A stretch of DNA of 62,904 bases, filler included, from Reclinomonas americana ATCC 50394 (GCA_048213135.1; 45 parts of 45 records of this genome joined end to end with filler, not necessarily neighbours in it), one strand, 5' to 3'; positions 50,512 to 62,848 are shown, counted from the first letter of the whole stretch. The notes: generated by a model not told the origin, from the sequence alone. A program made the numbers and translations.

Positions 50512-51031
50512 ATGGCCGACGACGAGGTGCGCTGTCTCTCTGTGTGTGCTTCCTTGCTTGCTTGCTTCTCATCATCACCGCTTGCACAGACGAGGAGAGG
50601 CGAGCGCGACAGTGGCGATCCTCTGTGTGACGACGATGATGATGATGGGGAGGAGCTCGAGGGTGAGTATGATCACGACGAGTTGGAGCAAGAGGATGAG
50701 ATCGAGCCGCCACTGGATGAGGAGCACGCGGAGAAGCAGGCAGCGTTTCTGGAGCGCGCTCTGATGGCCAGCGCGGCGTGTGCGTCAACTCTCTTCCTGT
50801 CGCTCGTTCTTCGTTGTCCGCCCTGCTGATCAGCGGAGAGTGTGTGTAGATCGCAGCGCGGCAGAGCGTGATCGACTGTCGCAGCGGCGACTGCGTGTGG
50901 AGCACACTGACATGGATGAGCTGGTGGAGGAGCACCACGAGGAGCATTTCCCGCGACGGCGCTTCTCGTATGAGGATTCGACCAGCGGCGTGGTGTCGGC
51001 GGTGGTCAGTGCGGCCGCGCCCGAGGAGTGA
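50512..51031 (+). CDS. Small acidic protein (spliced), convergent with the SNF2 gene
   Basis: MADDE|TRRGERDS..EELEGEYDHDELEQEDE..|..FPRRRFSYED..PEE*. Confidence 0.5.
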
Positions 51032-51076
51032 TGATGGGTGATTGTATTGTTTCTTGTTGTTGTTGTTGTTCTACTA

Positions 51077-51773
51077 CTAGTATTCCTCCTCCTCCTCCTC
51101 CTCGTCGTCGTCGGCGTCGTCGATGTCTTCCACCAGGCGCAGGGTCATGTCGTAGAGTTGTTCCTTGAAGTCCTTGACGAGCCACACGCGGTCCTCGCCA
51201 GTCGACTGGATGCCGCTGTCATCGTCTTCTGCAGCCGTTGCTGCCGGTGCTGCTGCGCTGCGGGCTCGTGTCGGCCTGGAGGGTGACGCACTGCTGTCGG
51301 CGTCGTCAGCCTTGTCTGCTTCCACTTCGTCGGTGGCGCGCATGCGGAAGCAGATGGAGAAGACGCGGTCGTGTGGCGATCCCATGCGCCAGATGCGATC
51401 GAGTGCCTGCCGCTCAACCTGTGCAACGACATCGTGTGAGCCACGTGACTGCGAGCGAGAACTCGGCTTTGCTATTCGCACGTACCGCTGGATTCCACCA
51501 CGGCTCGAGGAGAATGACCAGGTTGCCTTGTTGGAGGTTGATGCCACAGCCGCCGGCCTTGAGTGACGCGAGAAACACGTTGACGCTATCGTCGGTCCTG
51601 AAGGCCTCCACGGCCCGTGCGCGCTCCTCGTCGCTGCAGTCGCCGTCCAGACGAACCGCATGCACGCGGTCGCCAAGCTGGCTCAGCTCCGACTCGCACA
51701 CGTTGAGCATCTCCTTGAAGCGCGAGAAAATGACAATCTTCTGCGGTCCGTTGCTGGTCACACGGAGCTCTCT
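51077..51773 (-). CDS. SNF2-family helicase C-terminal domain (Rad5/Rad16-like)
   Basis: KIVIFSRF, RLDG, LASLKAGGCGINL, LEPWWNPA|VERQALDRIWRMG; intron 51419-51485. Confidence 0.9.
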
Positions 51774-52143
51774 NNNNNNNNNNNNNNNNNNNNNNNNNNN
51801 NNNNNNNNNNNNNNNNNTTAATTAATTAANNNNNNNNNNNNNNNNNNNNNNNNNNNNNNNNNNNNNNNNNNNNTTCGTTGTTGATTGTGTGGAGTTGCGT
51901 GTCCCGCGAAGTGTCCCACGAGTCGGCCGCGAGGAGAAAAGAGATCAGAAGATGAGCCCGAGCTCACGCGAACCGCTGCTGCCACTGTTTCGTCCATGCG
52001 AAGCTCGACGTTGACGATCTGGTGCATGTTCGTGGCAGATCCATCGCTGCTGTCCGTCCACTCCATTCGTTTATAGTTGTCTGCTCTCCAGCACGTAGCA
52101 GACAACAGCACAGCGAACCTGGCGAGCGCAGAGACAACACAAC

Positions 52144-52924
52144 ATGGCTGCACAACGCCCTCCTCAGTCGTTCTATCACCACTCCACGGGGGAAGCCGTG
52201 GATGCGTGCACAGTGATTGGCACTGAGATGCCGACAGGTGAGCTCTCTCTCTCTCCCTCTTTCACAAACTCTCATTCACGCGCAATCATGATCAGCGGCG
52301 GCGATTCAATACGCGGTCAACTCTCTCAACGTTGGTGTGTGCATGCATGTTGTCTGTTGTGAGTGACTGCCGTGCTGATGATGATGGCTGCAGGGCTCAT
52401 TGTGTCGCTGATGGCCGAGAACAACATGGACGCGGTGTTTGACGAAGCCAAGGTTGTCGTGGAGCGGCTGTACTTGCCCGTCCGCGACTACCAGCCGCCG
52501 ACAATGGACCAGATTCGGGAGTTTGTGCAAGCGGCGTTGCGGACAGTGCATCCTGCGCCAGTTAGCGACGATGACGATGCACGGGCGGGAGCACCGGCGG
52601 GCAAGAACGTGCTTGTCCACTGCCATGCAGGTTTGTGTACGCTGCGAGTCACCAACCGCAGCGCTCCATCCCTGTCGCGATCGATCGTGCGCAAGTTACT
52701 GAGTGTGCGCCACAGGCATCGGTCGCACTGGCACCATGATCTCGTGCTTTCAGATGGCCCGCTCGCAGGCCCACCCCGAGCTGCAGCTGCCGATCCAGTC
52801 GGCACGCGACGCCGTGCTCCTGGTGCGGAGGGTGCGACCAGGCTCTGTGGAGACCAGTGGACAGTGGGCGACTGTGGTGGCGTATGCAGCGGAGGACCTC
52901 GGTTTGCCTGCTGGAGCGCCCTAG
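52144..52924 (+). CDS. Small dual-specificity phosphatase, DUSP23/Cdc14-like (complete)
   Basis: Spliced LIVSL, LPVRDYQPPTMDQI, VHCHAG|IGRTGT (CX5R), VRRVRPGSVET..Q. Confidence 0.88.
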
Positions 52925-53266
52925 TGCCCATGATGTGAGGAACTGAGACCAATCGTTAACGTTGCTGTGGCTCGGCTCGGTGTAGGGCTGCAAGACCTTC
53001 CCAGACTTCTCGTCTGTTGTGCTCTGATGCTCACTCAGGGTGTGACCACCATTCCATGCATCTCTGTTGTTAGTTGAAATACGTGAAGTTGTTATACTGT
53101 TTGCAATTGTTGCTGCCATGGGTTTTCTGGCAATAGAGCTGCCTGCACTTGGCCAGTCAACAACAANNNNNNNNNNNNNNNNNNNNNNNNNNNNNNNNNN
53201 NNNNNNNNNNTTAATTAATTAANNNNNNNNNNNNNNNNNNNNNNNNNNNNNNNNNNNNNNNNNNNN

Positions 53267-54509
53267 ACCGCCCGCAGCCGCCGCCACCACCTGCGCCACA
53301 TCGTCAAACTCGTGCATCGTGCACCGCGGAATCTCCACCTTCGTCTCCACAACATCACCGCTGGTGAGCAGCTCACGGCACGCAAACTGGCCTCCGGCAG
53401 CCAGCACGCCATGCGCCATCTCCTCAAACACATGACCAGAGAGCACCGAGCCGACAGCACCCAGCATGCGCAGCCTCGACAGCAGGAACTTGGCGTTCTG
53501 CCAGGCAGAGACGCGCCAGAGCCGGAACAGCTCCTTCATCACGTAGTGTGACGCAAAGTCGAGGCAGGTGAGCCTAAAGTCAGCGCGGTTGACAACGAGG
53601 TGCACGAGGCGGTGTGAGATGGTGTCCTCGCGGTTGTTGAGAGTGCCCGCCGCTCGGATAAGGTCCTCGGGCATGAAGCAGGAAAAGGCGCGCTGCAACG
53701 CCAGTTGCGCGTCAGCGTCGACATTGGCGAGCACCATTCGCGCCGATCCGCCCCACTTGAGGTACCGCTGCAGCACTTCCTCGCGCTCCTGACTGGGGAA
53801 TGCCACTTGTCGCAGCAGCTCGATTTCCTCATACTCATACGTTGGAAAATACAACGGCGCCGCGCCGCGCTTTTCAAAGTCCTTCCAGAGCAGTCGGTTG
53901 GGCGACGTGATGAGCAGTGACATGGTCACCACTTTGGGCCCGTACAGGCCGGGCGTCGTGCCGTCCACCAGATACAGGTCGATGTGGTGATCATCTAGAA
54001 AGTTCGCCGCGCTCACGGACCGCCACACTCGATCGCCAACGATGAGATGCGGCATGTACTTGAAAACGTCACCATGACAGAGCAAGATCGTCTTCTCCGC
54101 CAGCAGGGCGCGGTAGAGCACATACATGCCGAATGCCGACTTGGAGCTGGCACAAGAGAGAAGAGAACAGAGCAGTGAGGGAGTGAGGAGTACTGCGGAC
54201 GAACCACGGCACGACGCAAGCCACATCAACTCAACATGCCAGGCGTGCCCGTGATGAAAAACTTGGACAGCTTTCCACGTGACCGAGCAGGATCCAAGCC
54301 ACCGAGACCGGCAGATGAGGAGTACAGGCGGTCGTAAAAGTCACGCACGAACAGTATGGGCGATGTAGTGCCGGGCCACGTAAAGTCCTCCTCCAACTCG
54401 ATGTAGGTGGCGTGTGTAATGTCGTTCGTCTTGGTGCGTGTGGAGGTTACCGGGTCGACGTGCCACAGAGCGGCACGGCGCATGGCAGCGATGTCCTTCT
54501 CCATCGCCG
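53267..54509 (-). CDS. Crinkler/RHS-type (CR) NTPase with start of a restriction-endonuclease-like domain
   Basis: LFVRDFY, ITGTPGI|SKS, YLVDG, TSP, YFPTYEYEEI, WGGSARMVL, SHRLVH, FASHYV, GHVFEEMAH; intron 54147-54235. Confidence 0.8.
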
Positions 54510-54659
54510 CTGCAGGTGGTTGAGGGGCGGAGAGAGTGAAAGTGTTTGTGTGTGTGAGANNNNNNNNNNNNNNNNNNNNNNNNNNNNNNNNNNNNNNNNN
54601 NNNTTAATTAATTAANNNNNNNNNNNNNNNNNNNNNNNNNNNNNNNNNNNNNNNNNNNN

Positions 54660-54807
54660 GCGAATAGGAAGCTGCATGCACAGTGTGAGACGCGAAGAAG
54701 AAGGGAGGGAGGGAGGGAGTGAGTGAGAGAGAGCTCTTGCAAGACGCAACTCGAGCTTGAATGCGATCAATCAGATCCGACACCAGTTGCTCCTCGGAAG
54801 ACATCAT
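54660..54807 (-). CDS. NF1: Probable neurofibromin (NF1/Ira RasGAP) N-terminus
   Basis: MMSSEEQLVSDLIDRIQAR|LPIR (intron 54672-54750) resembles the LVxRxxxxLP N-terminal motif of NF1/Ira; only 23 residues visible. Confidence 0.55.
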
Positions 54808-55342
54808 GCTTCTGCGCACCGCACACACACGCTGTGGTGAGCCACACCAGAGGCAGAGAGGCAGGGAGAGTGAGAGAGCACGCAATGTCCACAGACAAAG
54901 AGACACAGACACGCACACGCACGTACGCGACAGCACACAGCAAGCAATACCAGCAATGTGCGCACGCGAACGAAGCACGTGCACAGCGGCAGACAGACAG
55001 ACAGAGAGAGAGAGAGAGAGATACACAATACACACTCACCCTAAACACTCAACTCACCAATAACTTTTCTGGCAAATGCACAAAGCGCACTGCTCTCTGC
55101 TCAGAGAACGCACGCCCGGGCGAACGTGCAAGTTGCGTGCAAGCAAGACGAGCGTGAACTTCGAGTGTGCGTCAGATGAATGAGTCATGTCTGACATTTT
55201 TCCGAGTTGGAGGCGAGAAAAGATTTGAAGGAGGAGCGGGTGTGAAGACATCTAGAACCAACCAGCCTTCATACACAAGCAAGTCTTGCGCAAATACACA
55301 CACACACACACACTATACATAGAACGCGTGCACAGAGGAAAG

Positions 55343-55950
55343 ATGGAGGTCGCTGCTGCTGTTCCAGCTCCACCACCATCATCGCCCAGCAGCTCTCTGC
55401 CGGCGATCAAGATCGACTTTAGCAACCCGATGCTCTTTGTGCGTCTGACAGTGCTCTTTGTGGTGGCTGTGATGGCGCACCTGCTGCCATCGACCGCCGA
55501 CGATGCAACGCGCGATCTGCTGCCGCTGCTGCGCTCGCCCTTTGTGATCGCCGTGTGCCTCGTGCTCGGCGTGTGTGTGCTGCTGGCGGTGCAGAACTCG
55601 CTGTCGTTGTTTGTGCTGCGGCCGAGTGGAGAGCGCAGGCGGCTGGCCGACTCGTGCTCGTCGTGGGCGGCGCATGTGAGGTGGGCGTTTGTTGGCGCCT
55701 TGTTGGCGGTGGCGGTGGGTGGCACGGTGTTTGCGCTGCCGCGACTGCCGTCGGCCCACGCTAGTGAGTGGTGCTTGCTGGTCGGTGCGGTGGGAGGCAC
55801 GGTGCTGCTGTCGTGGTTGCTGGTCGGGCGGCTGCGAGCGCAGATGCAGCCGGTGGCGTGGATGGGTGTGGTCATGGTGTTTGCGAGTGCAATGCTGCGC
55901 GAGGCCACCATGACGCGCCTGCCGCGCACACTGGCCGCCGGTCAAGGCAG
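55343..55950 (+). CDS. Multi-pass membrane protein, 5' part
   Basis: About five hydrophobic segments in an open frame; family not recognised. Confidence 0.55.
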
Positions 55951-56340
55951 NNNNNNNNNNNNNNNNNNNNNNNNNNNNNNNNNNNNNNNNNNNNTTAATT
56001 AATTAANNNNNNNNNNNNNNNNNNNNNNNNNNNNNNNNNNNNNNNNNNNNCCCGGGTCCAGTCTAACTGAAGGTGGAGATGAGACGGAGAAGAAGTCGAA
56101 GAAGAGCAACAAGAAGAGGAAGAACGACTACAAACAGAAACTACAGCAGAAGCAGCGCGGCTCTTACAACGGTGAGTGCGTATCTTATCACCTCTGATCC
56201 TCCGCCCCTTGTGCTTACTCGTTGTCGGACGCATGCGCAGTGTCTGGCAGTACCAGTTCGTCCACAGTCTCGTCAGTTTCGTTGCTGCGCACGCATTCTG
56301 TGTCACTTGATTATTGCTGACATCGCGCGTACCGGTGCAG

Positions 56341-57186
56341 GTACCTTCTTCTCTTCGGCAGCCCGATGCGCTGCAGCGAGAACTCGAGGAGCAACGACTG
56401 CGCACACGCGAATGGCAGGCTCAGGCGCAGCACCACGAACAGACCGCAGCTCAGCTGCGGCAGACGCTCGAGGCGGCGAAGCGTGGAAAAGAGGAATCTG
56501 TGCAGCAGGTGCAACAACAGATGGCGGAGTTGCAACGACAACTCGACGAGCAGCGCGCGAAGATTAGCGAGTGGCAGCAGCGCGTGCAGCAGCAGGAGCC
56601 GGTCGTCGCGCAGCACGCTGCCTGGCTCCAAGAGGAAGATGCGGCGTGCATAATGCTGCAGGAGGCACTGGATCGTGCGAACGAGCAGCGACAGCGTGAC
56701 CACGACCGAGCACAGCGACTCGAGGCCGATCTGGCCGCCGTGCAGCGTGATCTCTCCAATCGAGGTAGGTAAAAGGTGAAGAGTGCTGCCTGTGATGACA
56801 GGAGACTCACTTTGATAGCAGATGACGCAGCGTCATTGACGGCGTTCTCGTGGGGGCAAGTGGTGTCGATGAGTGACGACTTTGCGGAGCCGCTCGGCGG
56901 CGACAGCAGACGCGGAATGATGTTCAGCGGTCGGTGGGCGGGACAGGACGTGGCGATCAAGGTGTTTGACAGCGCGCTGCCCTGGTGCATCGAGTCGTTC
57001 TCCACGGAGGTGAGGGTGGCGGGTGGGAGAAGGATGAGAGAAGGAGAATGTGCTCTTCTCACTCTCTTCCTCGCTTGTGTTTCAGTTGGAGAAGCTCAAG
57101 GCGGTGAGTGTGGATGGAGTTGTGCCGCTGATTGGGTTTGCGGAGTCGGACGACGGTAAGCGATGTGTGGTGCTGGAGGCAATGGG
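56341..57186 (+). CDS. Coiled-coil protein followed by an IRAK/RLK-Pelle-like kinase N-lobe
   Basis: AFSWGQVVSMSDDFAEPLG, FSGRWAGQDVAIKVF, FSTE|LEKL, VVPLIGF, RCVVLEAMG. Confidence 0.7.
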
Positions 57187-57264
57187 GTGAGTGTGAGTGT
57201 GAGAGAGGTAGGGAGGGAAAGAGGGAGAGATGGAAAGAGAGAGAGGAGAGAGAGAGAGAGATTG

Positions 57265-57298
<34 letters not shown>

Positions 57299-57302
57299 GA
57301 GG

Positions 57303-57338
<36 letters not shown>

Positions 57339-57755
57339 AGNNNNNNNNNNNNNNNNNNNNNNNNNNNNNNNNNNNNNNNNNNNNTTAATTAATTAANNNN
57401 NNNNNNNNNNNNNNNNNNNNNNNNNNNNNNNNNNNNNNNNGATGCACACATCCACAATAATTTCTTTTAATCGCTTCACAGCATTGCCGTAAAACAACCA
57501 CCCCCGCAAAAATCTGACGGCTTGACACGCAAAGCCATCCATTGACCCCATCTCTCTCTCTCCCTCTCCCTCGCTTCCTCAATACATACATCGCCAACAA
57601 AACATCAATTCTCTACGTACTCGCACACACAAAACAAAAAACAAGCCTCTCTAAAACCACGCCCCCTCCATCTTCTCTCGGATGCAAAACAACAGTGCAA
57701 AAACATACTACAACAACAGCAACAACACAAGACTCAAGAGCACCAGCGCGTCCTC

Positions 57756-58706
57756 TCACACAAAGAAATTAGCCGCGTCCATGTCACCACCAGCGGCAAA
57801 CGCCGGTGACATGCGATGCGGATTGTGATGAGCGTGATGCGGGTGCAGACTGTGTGGCAGGCCGCTCATACCCGGCGCACCGCCATTGGCCGCAGACAGA
57901 GAGGCCGATGACGCTGACGCTGATGATGCGGCAGCGGCGGCGGCAGCTGCGGCCGCCGCGGCAGATGCGGATGTCGGAGCACCGCCGGCCGCAGTCGCCG
58001 AGGACGATGACGAAGACGACGAGCCGTTCGCCGCCGACGACATGGAGTGCGATGGTGATGCCGCTCGGGGCGTGACAAAGCCCGACACACTCGTGCCGTA
58101 CTCGTGCACCGACAGCAGCTCACGCGGTGAACCGGCCGGGCTGAAGCGCACCACTGGTACCAGCGAGCTGCCGGTCGGTGACATGGCGCGGTTGAGGGCC
58201 GAGAAGAACTTGTCCGAGTGCATGGTCGGGCTCTTGGCGTCGCTCACAATGTGTCTGCGTAAGTAGAGAGACAGGGTGAGCAACAGGAGGTACAATTCAA
58301 AAAAACCCCGAGGGAGAAGGAGACGCAACGAAATCGAGTACGACATCTCGGCGGGGGCATTGGCTGGCGGACGCGGGTCTGACAGACGGCCGTTGAGAAC
58401 GCCCGGCGGATCCTCCGCAATGGCCCACGAGCCACCGTCGGCGCTCTCAAAGTACGGCGCCGAAAGCAGGTCGAAGGACGAGTTGCCGGCATCGCGGCTG
58501 CTCTTCATGTCCTTTTCGTCCATCTTCACGTCGTGGTGCACGACGTGGTGGTGGTGCACGTGATGGTGGTGCGGGTGGTGGTGGTGTACGTGGTGGTGAT
58601 GCTGGAGTTTGTCGCCAGGAGAGCCGTGCGGGGTGGTGTCGAGTGAGGAGACCGAGGAGAACGCACAGTCGCTGTCGGCTTCTTCGCTCGAGAGCCAGTC
58701 GTTGAC
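57756..58706 (-). CDS. His/Ser/Ala-rich C-terminal exons of an unknown protein
   Basis: Poly-His tract near 58545-58600, poly-Ala/Ser, ends DMDAANFFV*. Confidence 0.5.
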   Translation of the reverse strand, partial: VNDWLSSEEADSDCAFSSVSSLDTTPHGSPGDKLQHHHHVHHHHPHHHHVHHHHVVHHDVKMDEKDMKSSRDAGNSSFDLLSAPYFESADGGSWAIAEDPPGVLNGRLSDPRPPANAPAEMSYSISLRLLLPRGFFELYLLLLTLSLYLRRHIVSDAKSPTMHSDKFFSALNRAMSPTGSSLVPVVRFSPAGSPRELLSVHEYGTSVSGFVTPRAASPSHSMSSAANGSSSSSSSSATAAGGAPTSASAAAAAAAAAAAASSASASSASLSAANGGAPGMSGLPHSLHPHHAHHNPHRMSPAFAAGGDMDAANFFV

Positions 58707-58966
58707 CTGGGAGGAGGAAAGAGTGAGTGAGCNNNNNNNNNNNNNNNNNNNNNNNNNNNNNNNNNNNNNNNNNNNNTTAATTAATTAANNNNNNNNNNNN
58801 NNNNNNNNNNNNNNNNNNNNNNNNNNNNNNNNCACTGTGTCGGTTTCGTTCCCTGTGTGCTTGTGTTGACTTGTGTGCGTGTCTGTTTGTCTGTTGGGAG
58901 ACTTGTGGGGCACTCGGAACCGGGTCATGGCTGACCATTGTTGTGTTTTTTGTTTCCCCCTCGCAG

Positions 58967-60062
58967 ACAACGCGTGGAGGATCTCGAGCGTCAGCGCCGT
59001 GAGCAGGAGCGCATTGAGGAGATCCGACGCGAGAAGGAGCGTCTGGAGGAGCTGGAGCGCTTGCGGCGAGCGGAGGAGGATGTCGAACGGGCCCGTATTG
59101 AGGCTGATCGGTTCCGACTGGAGGCGCAGCGTGTGCAGGTGGAGGCGTCGGCGGATCGTCTGCGACGCGATGCGCAGGAGGAGGCGGAGCGCATTCGCCG
59201 TGAGGCGGAGCACCATGCCGCGCAGATTCGTGCCGAGGCCGAAGCGGCAGCATTGGAGGCCAAGCGAGTGCGCGAGGAGCAGGAGCGCGAACGCGAGGTC
59301 GAGTTGCGGCGTCGTCGCGCGGAGGATGAGGCCGAACAGGAGCGTCAGCGACAGGTGGCTGCGGCCGAGGCCGAGCGCATTGAGCGTCTGGCGGCGGACA
59401 GGCGCCGTGCGGAGGAGGAGCGCTTGGCGCGTGAGGCAGCGGAGCGTGACCGCGAACGCCAGCGACTGCTGGAGGAGGAGCGCCACTCGCAGATGCGTCG
59501 CCGCCAGGCGGAGGAGGAGGAGCGCGAGAAGCTGGACCTGTCGGTGAAGCTGATGCGCATGAAGGAGGCCGAGGAGCGGCGCCTGATGGAGGAGGAGGAG
59601 CGCCGTTCGATTACGCGCGAAGAGAAGGAGGCGGAGCAGCGCAAGATTCTCGAGTACCAGTACGAGCTCATGCGCAAGGAGGAGGAGGAGCAGCGCTTGC
59701 GTGAGCTGCAGGAGGAGGCTCGCCGCCAGGACGAGGAGCACCTGCGCAACCCCGACATGGTCTCCTTCTCGGTCATCTTCACCGGCGAGGTCGTGCAGCA
59801 GCGCTACCGCTTCCACTTGCCAAAGGACGCCGTGTCGGTCATGGACCTGAAGGTGGCCGTCTCCAACGACTTTGGCTACACGCCAACGCAGCAGCGCATG
59901 TACTACAAGTACCGCGAGCTGCACGACGATGACATCCTCACCGATCAGCCCGGCTGGAGCGGCGATTCCTACATTCTGCTCTTCCCCCTCGGTCTGCCGT
60001 TTGAGCAGCCCGAGCGCATCCTGCGCCCCTTGCAGAAGGAGGTCACTGTGTCGTCGGTCAAG
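58967..60062 (+). CDS. Long E/R-rich single-alpha-helix region followed by a ubiquitin-like domain
   Basis: About 255 aa of alternating E/R blocks, then SVMDLKVAVSNDFGYTPTQQRMYYKYRELHDDDIL (UBL pattern). Confidence 0.75.
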
Positions 60063-61635
60063 GTGAGCACACACACACACACACACACACGCAACTCGAG
60101 TGATTTGTTTGTTGCCATGAATGNNNNNNNNNNNNNNNNNNNNNNNNNNNNNNNNNNNNNNNNNNNNTTAATTAATTAANNNNNNNNNNNNNNNNNNNNN
60201 NNNNNNNNNNNNNNNNNNNNNNNAAAAAAGATGGAAAGAAGAACAATGAGGACAGGAATGACAGCTTCTATTATTCAACATCTGCATGAAATCAATGCTT
60301 TTTGTAAGTGCCAGAATCAAACCAAAAAGAAACGTAACAGAGATAACGATTTCTTTTTCGGATTTCACCGTCACGAAATCAAGATCAGAACGATTCATAA
60401 ATTCCCTCACAACAAGGCAGCCTCGGCCATTTCGTACTTTTTGGTACTGAAAACGTGATATCTTGGCTTCAAAGTGTTCACTCAGCGTGGTGATCACCAG
60501 GTAACATTGGTGCAGACACACACGCGAGGAACCTGCTGCTGCCACAAGACTGGTGCCTGTGTTGATGATTTGGAAACAGTTGAAATCGGCCGTCAAGACG
60601 GCTGATGCTTGTTTGTTGGTGAATGAATTTGTGGTTGTTGGAATAGAAAAAATACTGGTCAATGTGCTACTCAAACACGCATCAAATCGTTCTGTTTTGT
60701 TGTCTGCGAAATTGTGCACCATCAACAGCAAAGATAGTTGAAAACAGGGGAGTTGGAAAGGAAACTATACACCAGAATGATGTGGACACGGAGAGCAGCG
60801 GAAACGTGCATCGACATGTTTGAAAACACAAAAGTCAAGGAACAGAGCACCGAAGACGGGAACTGATGCAACAGAGTGACGAGCGAGACGGCAAAGAGCA
60901 GCAAACAGGTTCTCAAAAGAAAAATCTACAGCCAGGAAAGAAACCGGACATGAAGCAAACCGAACGAAACAATACTGGACGAATGGGTCTCCACACACAT
61001 CAAATCGTCATGACAAAAATAAAAACTTGAAGCACGTGCATTTCTGCAAAGGATTTAAACATCAGAAACGGACGGTAGAAAACACGAGAAAGCACCAGGA
61101 GGAGACACAATGGCAGCTGCTCATCGACCACGGAAACAAAAGACAAGGCCGAAACAGGATGCAAGGACTCACACGACAACACTAATTACAATCGATTGCA
61201 TCACATAAACAGAAAAAGCGCGCAACGACATACACAGCAGCACAAAAATCGACTGTAATGAACCGAACAAAAATAGAACCGGCAATATCGGGCGAATGAT
61301 GGACCAATTCTGCAAGATAAACAACACATTAAGTAGCGCCTACAGCGATGCATATAACACGCAAGCGATCAAAAAAGGGTCAGGGGCAGTCCAGGCACAG
61401 AAGGCGACCCTCCAAGCGAACTCCGACTTCAGGACGCGGTCAAGGGCTGCGAGCGCGCTCGGAACCGATCGCGGAGGGCAGGACTCGTGCTTTCTTGTTG
61501 CGAAGCGCAACGGNNNNNNNNNNNNNNNNNNNNNNNNNNNNNNNNNNNNNNNNNNNNTTAATTAATTAANNNNNNNNNNNNNNNNNNNNNNNNNNNNNNN
61601 NNNNNNNNNNNNNGACGAGAGCGACATGCGAGGAA

Positions 61636-61740
61636 AGAGCGACAGCGACGAGAGCGACAGCGACGAGAGCGACAGCGACGAGAGCGACAGCGACGAGAGC
61701 GACAGCGACGAGAGCGACAGCGACGAGAGCGACAGCGACA
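61636..61740. repeat. 15-bp tandem repeat (AGAGCGACAGCGACG) x7
   Basis: Directly visible. Confidence 0.92.
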
Positions 61741-61776
61741 CGGAGGACAGCGACACAACGACGCAGCGAAAACTCA

Positions 61777-62560
61777 CCAGACCCCACATTCATCACCGTC
61801 GGCGCCGCAATGTACGACATGACCGTGAATGCGGCCACCAGCGCCTGCCCGCACGCGTACGCCAGTGACAAGTCCTGCACAATCCTAGTCAGCGCCACCT
61901 CTCCAATTCATCCACGACCTTGCTGTCACGACGCAACTCGCGTCCAGTCCGCAAACATGGCCGCCACCGGCGCCGCCAGCATAATGAGACCGCAAGTGCT
62001 CACAAAGAGCGGCAGGTCGCCGGCAATGTCGGCCGGCACCGGCACCGTAAAGTTCACCTGCAGCGACGCGTGCGGGTGCACGTACCACGAAATTGCAAAT
62101 CCGAAGAGGCCGACCAAGTGCGCAAAGAACGCGTGACGGCCGACGGGCGGCGTCATGTGACGGTGGTGCGACACGAGGTGACCTGCAAGTGATGAGTGGG
62201 AGGGTGGCAAGGGAGGTCACAAGGGGGTGGGGGTGGAGCGCAACGAGAGAACAGCGTGAGGGCAGTCACGGAGGCCGTCACCACGTGAATGACTATGAAA
62301 GACGTGGCGCGGGAGGGGTTGTAGCGCGTGAGGCGCGGGTCGATGTACGTGTACCACGCGAGGTGTGCCAGCAGGGCCAGCTCAAAGCTCAGAGTGGCCT
62401 GCATGAGAGGGGGGGTGAGAGGGGGAAAGAGGCGACACAGAGGAAGGGGCAGAGCGCAACAGCAACAAGGCGGCGAGTCGGGCGCGCAGTGAACAACACC
62501 AGCGCATAGATCAGGAGGCTGACATCGCGCACGCGGGTGGTGGCGTGCATGATGATTGAG
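61777..62560 (-). CDS. Unknown multi-pass membrane protein, internal exons
   Basis: Hydrophobic exons (LSFELALLAHLAWYTY; FFAHLVGLFGFAISW; ACGQALVAAFTVMSYI); exon boundaries uncertain. Confidence 0.45.
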
Positions 62561-62791
62561 CTCTGCGGAAATAAGGAGGAAGGAGAGGTGAGGGAGAAGG
62601 GAGAGAGTTCGGAAACGAAGAGACAGTGCGAAGCAAGAAGTAATGAAGACAAGAAAGGGAGAGACAAAGACACGGAGAGAGGGCAGTGAGAGAAAGAAGA
62701 CAAAGAGAGAGGAGAGCGAAGCAAGAACAGCCGAAGACAAGAAAGATAGAGACAAGGACGTGAGGGGAGACAAAGAAGAAGAGAAAGACAA

Positions 62792-62830
<39 letters not shown>

Positions 62831-62848
62831 AAAGAAGAAAGAAAAGAC

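Noticed and set aside
58785..60086. 433-aa Leu-rich minus-strand ORF
   Set aside because: Antisense shadow of the E/R-rich coding exon.
60224..60731. TADFN as an APE-endonuclease GDFN motif of a LINE
   Set aside because: No other APE motifs recognisable; insufficient support.
61899..61937. In-frame TGA codons as an alternative genetic code or selenocysteine
   Set aside because: A 39-nt GTTGCG...AG intron would remove them, and TGA terminates Tim10, NECAP and the ceramide synthase normally.
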